Assembly (NCBI GenBank): GCA_964613325.1
Contig: CAZTGP010000004.1
Span: 23,768-87,767, forward strand
Direction: 5' to 3'
Length of the DNA stretch: 64,000 nt
From: an uncultured Roseburia sp.
GTDB lineage: Bacteria; Bacillota; Clostridia; Lachnospirales; Lachnospiraceae
Below the pieces are notes generated by a model. The model did not search any database. It saw only the letters and a program-made list of their open reading frames with translations, and was not told the origin of the DNA. Of the stretch, positions 10,443-20,005 are shown in pieces. The translations under genes were made by a program, and so were the position numbers. Within the stretch, counting starts at the first letter, position 1. Each line of letters starts with the position of its first letter.

Positions 10443-11622
10443 GAAAGCTTGCGCGTATAACGGCGTCCTCGCCATATTTGGAACGTATTTTATCGATAGA
10501 GCTGTCCAGTTTGGACAGCTTTTCGTATTTTTGCTGATTAAACAGGTCGTATTGTATAGCTACATCCTTACTGGCTTTGCTCGTGTGAACACCGAGAAGG
10601 CGAATTGGCGTATGATCCCAGAGCTCGTCAAAGAGGCGACAGACATGTTCATAAATAACATCAGTTAGATTGGTTGGAATATCCAGACTGATTTGCCGGC
10701 TGGTATTGTGGAATTCATTATCACGAATCTGCACAGCAATAACGGAGATGTAGGCTTGATCTACCCGAAGCCTGGCACCAACTGTTTCACAGAGGGAGAG
10801 CAGAATCAGCTTGGCGGTATCTGCATCGGTGACATCATAGGAGATGGTAGTGGAGTTACCGTAGCCTTTATTCTCTTGATTCTTGGATATCTTATGGAGC
10901 TGGGAGTCATTGCCATTGGCAAATTCCCAAAGCAATTGTCCCTGACCTTTTAAGTGATAAGTTAACAGTTTGGGGTCGGTGTTTGCCAGATCGCCAATGG
11001 TGCAGATCCCAAGACTGCGAAGCTTGGCGGCTGCAGAGTGACCGGTGAAGAATAAATCTTCAACTGGAAGAGGCCACATCTTAGCAGGAACCTCTTCTGG
11101 GAAAAGCGTATGTACACGGTCTGGCTTTTGAAAATCGGAAGCCATTTTGGCAAGAAGACGGTTGCAGGAGATGCCGATGTTTACGGTAAAACCAAGCTCG
11201 TCTCGTATCATGTCTTTTAACTTGTGCGCAAATTCCACAGGATCACCATAGAGGGAGCGCGTTCCGGACATATCGCAGAAGCATTCATCGATACTGTACT
11301 GGTCGACTTCTGGGGCATAGCGCTTCAAAAGCTCCACAAATTGCGTAGAGTATTTGACGAAAAGGGAGAAATCCGGTGCTACAACTGTGAGATTTGGGCA
11401 TTTTCTACGGGCATTTACAAGTGGCTCCCCTGTGCGGATGCCATATTTCTTGGCAGGGGTAGACTTAGCCAGAACAATCCCATGCCGGCTGGCTTCAGAG
11501 CCACCAACTGCAGAAGGTATGTTTCGGATATCGATTTCACTATGAAGTTCATTTACTTGATAGGTTGCAATCCAGGACAAAAATGCACTGTTTACATCTA
11601 TATGATAAATTATCGTTTCCAT
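10435..11622 (-). CDS. dinB: DNA polymerase IV (Y-family)
   Basis: HIDVNSAF, AKKYGIRTG, YSIDECFCD, LLAKMASDFQKPD motifs. True start at METIIYHID (11622). Confidence 0.92.
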   Translation of the reverse strand: METIIYHIDVNSAFLSWIATYQVNELHSEIDIRNIPSAVGGSEASRHGIVLAKSTPAKKYGIRTGEPLVNARRKCPNLTVVAPDFSLFVKYSTQFVELLKRYAPEVDQYSIDECFCDMSGTRSLYGDPVEFAHKLKDMIRDELGFTVNIGISCNRLLAKMASDFQKPDRVHTLFPEEVPAKMWPLPVEDLFFTGHSAAAKLRSLGICTIGDLANTDPKLLTYHLKGQGQLLWEFANGNDSQLHKISKNQENKGYGNSTTISYDVTDADTAKLILLSLCETVGARLRVDQAYISVIAVQIRDNEFHNTSRQISLDIPTNLTDVIYEHVCRLFDELWDHTPIRLLGVHTSKASKDVAIQYDLFNQQKYEKLSKLDSSIDKIRSKYGEDAVIRASFLK

Positions 11623-11628
11623 ATAAAT

Positions 11629-11657
11629 AAAGTACCAAAAAAACGTATGTTTGTAAA
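11629..11657 (-). promoter_or_regulatory. Predicted dinB promoter with LexA box in the spacer
   Basis: On the minus strand: TTTACA, 17 bp, extended -10 TG-G-TACTTT, 6 nt, ATG. AAAC-ATAC-GTTT (11641-52) overlaps the spacer. Confidence 0.6.
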
Positions 11658-11831
11658 TGGAAAAGAAGTAACGACATATCAGATAAGACGTGGAAAAAGA
11701 TATACAGATTCGAAAATCTGTACATGGCACTCGTGTGTACTTTTGGCAGAGTCAATGGTATAATGGGGGCAATAGAAATTATACGCGCGAATGCGCATAG
11801 AGCATTGAAAATGGCACTAGGAGTATTACAT

Positions 11832-14015
11832 ATGAAGAATATATTTCGAATTTTCACAGCAGATCTGAAAGGATTACTGAAGAACTTTTTCGCCCTTGTA
11901 ATCGCACTTGGACTATGTGTTCTTCCTGCTTTATATGCATGGTTCAACATCTATGCCAACTGGGATCCATATTCCAATACAGGAAATATCCGAATTGCAG
12001 TAGCTAGCCTGGATAAAGGCTGGACCAATAAGGATGGGGATAAACTGAATATGGGCGATGAGATCATGGACGAGCTGAAAGAAAAAGACAGCATCGGCTG
12101 GGTATTTGTCGACACAGAGAATGAAGCCCTGGACGGTGTGTATTCAGGAGATTATTATGCTGCGGTTGTCATTGATTCCGATTTTACCTACAGCATGTAT
12201 AATGCGCTGGCAGACAATCTTGCAAATCCTAAGATTACCTATTATGAGAATCAGAAAAAGAATGCGGTTGCAACAAAGATTACCGATACGGCCGTATCTA
12301 CATTGAAAAGCAGTATTAACGAGCAATATATCAAAGCAGTTACAGAGACTGTGTTTCAAGCAACAAACGGAATCTCTGAGGAGATGACGGACAGCAATGC
12401 CGTTGATAATTTTGTTGAAAAGCTAAAGGCAGTGAACAGTAATCTGCAGAGCTATAGCGCAATGCTGGATACCTTCATGAAGGGAAACAGTATGGTTACA
12501 GAGGCTACCAATGATGCAGGGGATGCATTGGATAAAAGCCAGGAGATGGTGGGCAATGGAATCGGACAGCTTCAAAAAGGACAGAGCGGTCTGGCATCGA
12601 CGAAAGCATCTTTTAACAGCTATAGCGCAGAAGTGAATGCGAGTCTGACACAGATTGATGCTTCCATTCAAACAATCTCAAAAGATATTGCGGATGCTCA
12701 GCTTGGGACAAAGGCGGGGCAATTGGCAACCGACATGGAGCAAGTCACCAAGGATGCCATTGAGCTTCAGGAACAGATTAAGAAAGCACAGGAGAACACC
12801 AATACACTTGCTGGAGATGGTTCAGATGGCAGCACCTCTGAAACAGACAAGCTAAAGGATGTACTCGATAAAATGCATGATCGGGCAGACAGCATTATAG
12901 CAGGAAATGCGGGAGTTGATGCTGGAAGTGCGGCAGGTGCAATTGGAAATGCAGCCCAGGAGGCAGCGGATAAACAGGTAAGCTCCATGCAAAAGTCCTT
13001 GGAGAATTATTCGAAAACGGTAAATGAAATCAATAATCTCTATCAGAACGAACTGGTTCCACAGATGAATCATTTGATGGATAACATGGGCGAAACATTG
13101 GAAAATGTAGAGAATATGTTAACCAATTTGAGCAGCACGATGAATAGCATGAATGATATTTTCGGTGGGGTGGATACCACACTTGGGGCTCTAAATACAA
13201 GTCTCTCTCAGCTAAAGACGGTATTGGATAACACCACTGCCAAGCTCTCCGATACGTTAGAGCGCTTGGAAGGTGCGTCAGAGAGTGAGCAGATGGACAT
13301 TATTATGGAGCTTCTGGCAGGAGATCCGGAGACCTATAGCGAATTCTTCTCAGAGCCAGTTGCTGTAGAGGCTAATTACATCTATGAAATAAAAAACTAT
13401 GGTTCCGGTGTCACACCATTCTATAGTGTCCTTGCAATCTGGGTAGGAATGACAATTCTGGTATCCATATTAAAAGTACATGCAGAGACAGAAGATCTGG
13501 GCTTGACCAACGTGCGTCCATATCAGATGTTCTTTGGACGTTATTTACTGTTTCTGCTGCTTTCACAAATACAGGCGCTGATTATCGTACTTGGAGACAT
13601 ATATCTTTTAGATGTACAGTGTTTACATCCATTTGAATTCTGGCTGACTGCAGCAGTGTCATCCCTGGCATTTTCTATGTTGATATATGCCCTTACCATT
13701 GCTTTTGGGGATATTGGAAAAGCATTTGCGGTAGTGGTCATGGTTATTCAGATTGCAGGATCTGGTGGAACATACCCAATTGAAGCTCTCCCTGGATTTT
13801 TCCGGGCAGTATACATTTTCTTCCCATTCCCATATGCAATCAATGCGATGCGTGAATGCATTGGAGGAATGTATCAGAACACTTATGCCATTTGCTTGGC
13901 AGAATTGATGATTTTTGCAGTTGCAGGTCTTTTGATAGGACTTGTGATACGTATTCCATTTATGGGAATCAACCATTACATTGAAAAACGGATGGAAGAT
14001 ACCAAGATGCTGTAA
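11832..14015 (+). CDS. YhgE/Pip family membrane protein (paralog 1)
   Basis: LPALYAWFNIYANWDPY N-terminal motif, GDYYAAVVI, long coiled coil, NYGSGVTPFYSVLAIWVG and QIAGSGGTYPIE, five to six C-terminal TMs. GGAG RBS at 11820. Confidence 0.9.
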   Translation: MKNIFRIFTADLKGLLKNFFALVIALGLCVLPALYAWFNIYANWDPYSNTGNIRIAVASLDKGWTNKDGDKLNMGDEIMDELKEKDSIGWVFVDTENEALDGVYSGDYYAAVVIDSDFTYSMYNALADNLANPKITYYENQKKNAVATKITDTAVSTLKSSINEQYIKAVTETVFQATNGISEEMTDSNAVDNFVEKLKAVNSNLQSYSAMLDTFMKGNSMVTEATNDAGDALDKSQEMVGNGIGQLQKGQSGLASTKASFNSYSAEVNASLTQIDASIQTISKDIADAQLGTKAGQLATDMEQVTKDAIELQEQIKKAQENTNTLAGDGSDGSTSETDKLKDVLDKMHDRADSIIAGNAGVDAGSAAGAIGNAAQEAADKQVSSMQKSLENYSKTVNEINNLYQNELVPQMNHLMDNMGETLENVENMLTNLSSTMNSMNDIFGGVDTTLGALNTSLSQLKTVLDNTTAKLSDTLERLEGASESEQMDIIMELLAGDPETYSEFFSEPVAVEANYIYEIKNYGSGVTPFYSVLAIWVGMTILVSILKVHAETEDLGLTNVRPYQMFFGRYLLFLLLSQIQALIIVLGDIYLLDVQCLHPFEFWLTAAVSSLAFSMLIYALTIAFGDIGKAFAVVVMVIQIAGSGGTYPIEALPGFFRAVYIFFPFPYAINAMRECIGGMYQNTYAICLAELMIFAVAGLLIGLVIRIPFMGINHYIEKRMEDTKML

Positions 14016-14034
14016 ATATTGTTTGGAGAATGCT

Positions 14035-14550
14035 ATGAACAAAGAGAAAACCATGGAAGAACTGCAGAGCGAGATGGCAGAAGCAGTACAAAATGAGTTA
14101 AAAAAAGAAGAAGCAAAAAAGAAGATAAAAGAAAAGAAGAAGCAGAAGGCAGAGAAAAAGAAGAAAGAAAATGCGGAGAATGAAAAGCTTCAGAAAATGT
14201 ATGATATGGTCATGGACTATGAGAATATGCTTCATGAACGCAATCAGAAACGTATTAAGATAGGCCTGCGCTGTATTTATATCATACCAGCTATTTTCCT
14301 GTTTCTGATGTTTACAACAGGAAGCTCCAAAATAATCTTTTTGGTATTCTGGATTCTCAGTCTCTTTATCATTGCAGTATATCTCATCTGTGTAGAATAT
14401 GTGGATTATAACCTTCAGCAAAAAATGCATGAGATCAATGGAGAAGAGAATGGTGAGGTGGAAGCGTTGATTGACCTCCCAGAGCCAGTGGAGGAAAAGG
14501 TAGCACTGGTGGTAGAGAAGCTCGAAGGATTAGGAGGAGAGGACGAATGA
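14035..14550 (+). CDS. Small two-TM protein with lysine-rich coiled N-terminus, between the two Pip paralogs
   Basis: GGAG RBS before ATG 14035; two hydrophobic helices; ATGA overlap with the next gene. Confidence 0.7.
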   Translation: MNKEKTMEELQSEMAEAVQNELKKEEAKKKIKEKKKQKAEKKKKENAENEKLQKMYDMVMDYENMLHERNQKRIKIGLRCIYIIPAIFLFLMFTTGSSKIIFLVFWILSLFIIAVYLICVEYVDYNLQQKMHEINGEENGEVEALIDLPEPVEEKVALVVEKLEGLGGEDE

Positions 14551-16655
14551 AGAATATAGGAAAAGTATTTCTCTCCGATGCAAAGCGATTAAGTACCAAT
14601 GTGGTTGCGATTGTAATCATCATGGGACTAAGCATTCTGCCAGCACTTTACGCCTGGTTCAATATCCTGTCCAACTGGAATCCCTATGGAGAGTCTGCAA
14701 CTTCCCAGATGAATATAGCTGTATTCTCCGAGGATAAGGGATTTGAATATGAGAAAGTATCTGTAAATGTAGGCGAGAAGGTAGTGACAGGACTAAAAGA
14801 GAACACCACCATAGGCTGGGTATTTTCTGATACAAGGGAAGAGGCACTGGAAGGTGTATACAGTGGTGAATATTACGCGGCATTGATTGTACCGAAAGAT
14901 TTTACAGAGGATATGATCAGCTTTATCAATGGCAACTTACAGAACCCAAGTATTCAGTACTATGAGAACAGCAAGAAGAATGCCATTGCGACAAAGATAA
15001 CTTCCAAGGCAAAGACAGCGGTGCAGGAACAGGTGAACAGTTCTTTTATCAGTACACTTGCGGAGGTCATGGCGAAGACCAGTGAGACATTAACAGGGTC
15101 TGACACAGAGGGAACATCTCTTATGGATACCACACTTGCCCGCTTACAAGAGATGGATACCACATTGGAAACCTATGAGAATATCCTAAGCACCTTTGCA
15201 CTTGTCACAAGTTCAGCGTCGGATCTGGTGGGCTCTACACAGTCGATTATCCCCAACCTGGACGCCATGGTGAATTCGGGTCAGGACACGGTAAGCAATA
15301 TGCAGGGGTCAGTTCTGTCAGGCGCACAGACCGCAAACACGGTTGGGCAGATGGTAAAGATTAGCATGGACACCCTAAATGGGGGCTTGGAATCCCTGAG
15401 TGAACAGGTTACGAATTTGAAGGGCTCGGAGGATGCAACCAAGATTATTGAACAATTGAACGGATATGTGGGACGTATTGATGAGTTGTCAGGAATTCTT
15501 GGAAAACTAGAAGGCGCAACAACTGGCAGCACAGATGTGGATACGGATAAGCTGAAGGAGGATATGCAGACGCTTGCAGACAATCAGGCTAAGACACAGG
15601 AAGAACTTGCTGCTCTTCAAAAAAGCATTTCCAGTGAGATTGCAAAGTGTCAGAAAGCAGTAGATTCTTTGCACATCAGCTTCGATGGAAGTATAAGTCC
15701 CAACCTGAACCAGAGTGTCTATGATGTGGAAAAGGCCTTGATTCAGACCAATTCTTTATTAAATCATATTGATGGAAGCTTTTCCGATGTAAATAGTGCA
15801 TTAGAATCCTATGAACAGACATTGAACTCTGGAACAGATAGCATTACTGCAACTAGAGATTATGTATCGGATATCCGGGAAGGACTTGGAAATGTCGTTA
15901 CTGGATTAGAAAATTTATCAAATGATGAGCAGTATAAAGAGATTGTGGAGATGCTTAAGACAGATCCAGAGCTAATCTCTGAATTCATTTCCTCACCAGT
16001 TGCATTGGATACGGAAGCAGTCTATGAGATTGAGACCTATGGCTCAGCCATGGCACCTTTCTATACGGTACTTGCACTATGGGTAGGTGGACTGATTCTT
16101 GTGGCCATTATGCATGTAAAGGTGGAGAAAGAGAAGGAGCTTTCGGATGTAAAGCCGCATGAAGCTTATTTTGGAAGATTTATTACATTTTTCTTTGTAT
16201 CGCAGATACAGGCATTGATTGCAGTGCTCGGAGATCTGTTCTTCGTTCAGATTCAGTGTGTGCACCCAATTCTATTCTGGCTGGCTGCCGCATGTACCAG
16301 CTTTGTGTTTACAATCTTTATGTATTCACTTACCGTTGCATTTGGCAATGTAGGTGAAGCAATCGCAGTTGTGGTACTGGTTATCCAGGTGGCAGGGGCC
16401 GGAGGAACCTTCCCAATCGAGGTACTTCCAAAGGTATATCAGGCGATTTACAAATTCCTGCCATTCACCTATTGCATGAATGCATTAAGAGAGTGTGTCG
16501 GTGGAATGTATCAGCTGGATTATGTGAAGGATCTTGGAATATTAGGAATTTTCGTTCTAGTGTCCCTGTTCATTGGACTTGTGGTTGCGATTCCATTCCG
16601 CGGTATGAATGAGAAGATTGAGAAGAGTAAAGAGCGTTCCCGTGTTATGATGTAA
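14547..16655 (+). CDS. YhgE/Pip family membrane protein (paralog 2)
   Basis: LPALYAWFNILSNWNPY, YGSAMAPFYTVLALWVG and QVAGAGGTFPIE motifs; same architecture as paralog 1. Confidence 0.9.
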   Translation: MKNIGKVFLSDAKRLSTNVVAIVIIMGLSILPALYAWFNILSNWNPYGESATSQMNIAVFSEDKGFEYEKVSVNVGEKVVTGLKENTTIGWVFSDTREEALEGVYSGEYYAALIVPKDFTEDMISFINGNLQNPSIQYYENSKKNAIATKITSKAKTAVQEQVNSSFISTLAEVMAKTSETLTGSDTEGTSLMDTTLARLQEMDTTLETYENILSTFALVTSSASDLVGSTQSIIPNLDAMVNSGQDTVSNMQGSVLSGAQTANTVGQMVKISMDTLNGGLESLSEQVTNLKGSEDATKIIEQLNGYVGRIDELSGILGKLEGATTGSTDVDTDKLKEDMQTLADNQAKTQEELAALQKSISSEIAKCQKAVDSLHISFDGSISPNLNQSVYDVEKALIQTNSLLNHIDGSFSDVNSALESYEQTLNSGTDSITATRDYVSDIREGLGNVVTGLENLSNDEQYKEIVEMLKTDPELISEFISSPVALDTEAVYEIETYGSAMAPFYTVLALWVGGLILVAIMHVKVEKEKELSDVKPHEAYFGRFITFFFVSQIQALIAVLGDLFFVQIQCVHPILFWLAAACTSFVFTIFMYSLTVAFGNVGEAIAVVVLVIQVAGAGGTFPIEVLPKVYQAIYKFLPFTYCMNALRECVGGMYQLDYVKDLGILGIFVLVSLFIGLVVAIPFRGMNEKIEKSKERSRVMM

Positions 16656-16674
16656 GAAAATGAATCGCATGCTT

Positions 16675-16717
16675 ATAGAATCCCCGTTGGGCAAAGAAGC
16701 CCATACGGGGATTCTAT
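16675..16717 (+). terminator. Terminator-like hairpin after the Pip operon
   Basis: atagaatccccgt/acggggattctat inverted repeat with an inner gggc/gccc stem. Confidence 0.7.
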
Positions 16718-16870
16718 ATTATTTAGTTATTGTACAATGAGATAACCAAAACTATAGGTTATGAAATGCATAAATTATTGAGATGGGAAAAATCAGGATG
16801 AAACCTAGACAAATGCATATGATTGTACTAGAATGAGTTCAATTAATAGTAAGAAACGGAGGAATAAATA

Positions 16871-17896
16871 ATGGAGAAAAAGGATCTTGACTGGGCCAAC
16901 CTAGGATTTGGCTACATGGTTACAGATTATCGTTATGTATCAAACTATAAGGATGGCAAGTGGGACGATGGAGAGATTACCACAGATGCCAACATTACAT
17001 TAAATGAATGTGCAGGTGTATTCCAGTATTCCCAGTCATGCTTTGAAGGATTAAAGGCATATACAACAGAGGACGGACATATCGTATGTTTTCGCCCTGA
17101 TTTAAATGCACAGAGAATGAAAGATTCGGCAGAGAGACTTGAGATGCCAGTATTCCCAGAAGACCGTTTCGTAGATGCAGTAGAGCAGGTTGTGAAAGCA
17201 AATGCAGCATGGGTACCTCCTTTCGGATCAGGAGCTTCCCTATACATTCGCCCATATATGATTGCTACCAACGCAGTAATCGGTGTAAAACCAGCGGATG
17301 AATATCAGTTCCGTATTTTGGTTACACCTGTAGGACCATACTTTAAGGGTGGTGCAAAGCCATTAACTATCAAGGTGTCTGATTTTGACCGTGCCGCACC
17401 AAACGGCACTGGACATATTAAAGCTGGATTGAACTATGCGATGAGCTTACATGCAATCGTAACTGCTCATAAAGAAGGCTATGATGAGAATATGTACTTA
17501 GATCCAGCAACCAGAACAAAGGTTGAGGAGACAGGTGGAGCTAACTTCATTTTCATTACAAAAGATGGCAAGCTGGTTACTCCTAAGTCAGATAGTATTC
17601 TTCCTTCTATCACACGCCGTTCTATTATGACTGTGGCAGAGAAATATCTTGGACTGACTGTTGAACACAGAGAAGTATACTTTGATGAGCTGAAAGACTT
17701 CGCAGAATGTGGTCTTTGTGGAACAGCTGCAGTTATTTCACCAGTTGGTAAGATTGTAGATCATGGCAAAGAGCTTGTATTCCCAGCAGGAATGGAAGAG
17801 ATGGGACCAATCACAAAGAAAATCTATGATACATTAACAGGAATCCAGAAGGCTGAGATCGAAGGACCAGAAGGCTGGGTTAAAGTAATTATGTAA
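16871..17896 (+). CDS. ilvE: Branched-chain amino acid aminotransferase
   Basis: QSCFEGLKAY, LYIRP, KAGLNYA, EETGGAN, ILPSITR and CGTAAVISPV motifs. Confidence 0.95.
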   Translation: MEKKDLDWANLGFGYMVTDYRYVSNYKDGKWDDGEITTDANITLNECAGVFQYSQSCFEGLKAYTTEDGHIVCFRPDLNAQRMKDSAERLEMPVFPEDRFVDAVEQVVKANAAWVPPFGSGASLYIRPYMIATNAVIGVKPADEYQFRILVTPVGPYFKGGAKPLTIKVSDFDRAAPNGTGHIKAGLNYAMSLHAIVTAHKEGYDENMYLDPATRTKVEETGGANFIFITKDGKLVTPKSDSILPSITRRSIMTVAEKYLGLTVEHREVYFDELKDFAECGLCGTAAVISPVGKIVDHGKELVFPAGMEEMGPITKKIYDTLTGIQKAEIEGPEGWVKVIM

Positions 17897-17926
17897 TTCA
17901 TTTTCTGTTAAAACAGAATAGCATAT

Positions 17927-18132
17927 AGTTAATTGTGAAACGCTTTAAGTTTCTAATGACTATGTACTGCGGAATACAAGGAAACATAGGCACGCTTTCG
18001 CTACGTTGGCTCATGCAACGGTACTAAGCGACCAAAGTACGGTCGCTAAGGACCGGCTTCGCCAGAGTACCTATGTTTCCTTGTATTCGTAGTATATAGT
18101 CAATTAAGGGATTATGAGTTTCACAATTAACT
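17927..18132. repeat. Structured interspersed repeat, full copy 1 (MITE/REP-like or ncRNA)
   Basis: 15-bp terminal IR agttaattgtgaaac/gtttcacaattaact; ~35-bp inner IR; core hairpins. The 93-nt core differs at 4 positions from the copy at 36492-36584. Confidence 0.85.
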
Positions 18133-18148
18133 AGAATAGCGTATAGTA

Positions 18149-18203
18149 AAAGGTGCATGAATTCAGCTGCGGGAAACGGTAGTTGGTCTCATGCACTTTT
18201 TTT
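18149..18203 (+). terminator. Intrinsic terminator downstream of ilvE and the repeat
   Basis: aaaggtgcatga/tcatgcactttt inverted repeat plus T7 tract. Confidence 0.7.
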
Positions 18204-18354
18204 GTGCCCCCCGAATGTGGGGAGAAGCGTATGATTTTTCGAATAATCTTAAGAAAAAATATTGGTTTTGCTAAGAAAGGTTTATAGAATAAATGCGCAT
18301 ACTGTGATAAGATAAACCTTGAAAAACGAATGAAAATGGTCGAAAAGAGGTACT

Positions 18355-19023
18355 ATGAATTTATTTGATATAATTGGTCCAGTTATGGTAGGACCATCCA
18401 GTTCACATACAGCAGGAGCAGTGAAAATCGGGAATATATCCAGAAAGCTTTTGGCAGAAAATGTAAAGCGCGCGATTATATCCTTTCATGGTTCTTTCCT
18501 TGCTACAGGAAAGGGGCATGGAACAGATAAAGCGCTGCTTGCGGGGCTCTTGGGACTAGCGGTAGATGATGAGCAAATCCCTCATAGCTTTGAAATTGCA
18601 AGGGAGCGGGGGGTGGAATTCCAGTTTGAGGGAATCGATCTCGGAGATGTACATCCCAATTCTGTAAAGCTGAATATTACGGGAGAGAGTGGAAAGACTT
18701 TGGAGATTATTGCGGCATCCATCGGTGGTGGACGTGTACAGATCTGCGAAATCGATGGACTGAAGGTAAGCTTCTGTGGAGATTACTCTACGCTTATTGT
18801 GCACAATCAGGATCAACCGGGACTTGTAACTGAGGTAACCGCGCTTCTGGCTGATCAGTCAGTGAACATTGCAACCATGCAGCTGCACCGTGCGAGCAGG
18901 GGGTGCACCGCGGTAATGGTCATTGAGTGTGACCAGGAGGTGCCGGAAGAAGCAATCCATGCCTTGGAACAATTAGAAGGAGTTGTAAAGCTTACTTATC
19001 TTGGATTAGAACAAGAAGCGTAG
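18355..19023 (+). CDS. sdaAB: L-serine dehydratase, beta subunit (with ACT domain)
   Basis: FDIIGPVMVGPSSSHTAGA, GHGTDKAL, HPNSV and SIGGG motifs; C-terminal ACT domain. Confidence 0.95.
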   Translation: MNLFDIIGPVMVGPSSSHTAGAVKIGNISRKLLAENVKRAIISFHGSFLATGKGHGTDKALLAGLLGLAVDDEQIPHSFEIARERGVEFQFEGIDLGDVHPNSVKLNITGESGKTLEIIAASIGGGRVQICEIDGLKVSFCGDYSTLIVHNQDQPGLVTEVTALLADQSVNIATMQLHRASRGCTAVMVIECDQEVPEEAIHALEQLEGVVKLTYLGLEQEA

Positions 19024-19063
19024 AAGCAGCCTAAGAAATAGAAGCAGCCTAAGTATAGAAGCA
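19021..19063 (+). repeat. Short tandem duplication including the sdaAB stop codon
   Basis: tagaagcagcctaagaaa / tagaagcagcctaagta / tagaagca. Confidence 0.8.
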
Positions 19064-19095
19064 TTTGTGATAGTAAAAGGAGATTAGGAATCCCT

Positions 19096-19965
19096 ATGTA
19101 TACATCGTTAGCAGAAATTATTGAAATAGAAAAAAGTAAGCAGATACCATTCTGGAAATGCGTACAGCAGAATGATTGTGTGGAGCTTGGTATATCGGAA
19201 GAAGAGTCCTTCACACGAATGAAGGCAATGTATGAGGCAATGAGAGCGGCAGATGAATCTTATGATGAGAATTTACACTCTGCAAGTGGATTAGTTGGCA
19301 CAGATGGAAAGAAAATTCGTGACGCCAGGGAAGCAGGCACACTTATGTGTGGCGACTTTATTGGAAGGGTCATGGAACGGGCTGTGAAAATGGGAGAATC
19401 CAATGCCTGTATGAAACGTATTGTGGCGGCACCGACTGCCGGCTCTTGTGGAGTGATTCCAGCGGTATTCCTTACGGTTCAGGAGGAAAAAGGGTATACA
19501 GATGTTCAGATGACAGAGGCGCTGTATGTCGCAGCAGGAATCGGTGGTGTCATTGCAAATCGTGCATTTTTATCCGGAGCAGCAGGCGGATGTCAGGCAG
19601 AGATTGGGTCAGCATCCTCCATGGCAGCAGGTGGAGTGGCATATCTTATGGGAGCGGATGGAGAAGTAATCGCACATGCGTCAGCACTGGCAATGAAGAA
19701 TCTGTTGGGATTAGCATGTGATCCGGTAGGAGGCTTGGTGGAAGTACCTTGTGTAAAACGTAATGTGATGGGTGCGGTGAATGCCATGACATCTGCGGAT
19801 TTGGCTCTTGCTGGTATCGTAAGCAGAATTACACCAGATGAAGTGTTCGATGCAATGCGGGCAATTGGGCGTGCAATGCCAGAGAATATTCGAGAGACAG
19901 GTCTGGGTGGACTTGCAGCAACACCAACCGGAGTAGAGATACGGGATAAGCTAAGCACAATGTAA
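19096..19965 (+). CDS. sdaAA: L-serine dehydratase, Fe-S alpha subunit
   Basis: IVAAPTAGSCGVIP, GGCQAEIGSA, LGLACDPVGGLVEVPCVKRN and RETGLGGLA motifs. Confidence 0.95.
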   Translation: MYTSLAEIIEIEKSKQIPFWKCVQQNDCVELGISEEESFTRMKAMYEAMRAADESYDENLHSASGLVGTDGKKIRDAREAGTLMCGDFIGRVMERAVKMGESNACMKRIVAAPTAGSCGVIPAVFLTVQEEKGYTDVQMTEALYVAAGIGGVIANRAFLSGAAGGCQAEIGSASSMAAGGVAYLMGADGEVIAHASALAMKNLLGLACDPVGGLVEVPCVKRNVMGAVNAMTSADLALAGIVSRITPDEVFDAMRAIGRAMPENIRETGLGGLAATPTGVEIRDKLSTM

Positions 19966-20005
19966 TTTGATGAACAGGAAGCATACAAAGCAAAAGAGAT
20001 AAGGG

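Noticed and set aside
11224-11763. 179-aa + strand ORF, and other long shadow ORFs (e.g. 804-1394, 21761-22243, 38203-38691)
   Set aside because: They lie antisense to well-supported genes and show no recognisable motifs or RBS.
16720-16870. Attenuator or T-box upstream of ilvE
   Set aside because: No leader peptide, T-box motif or terminator/antiterminator pair was found.
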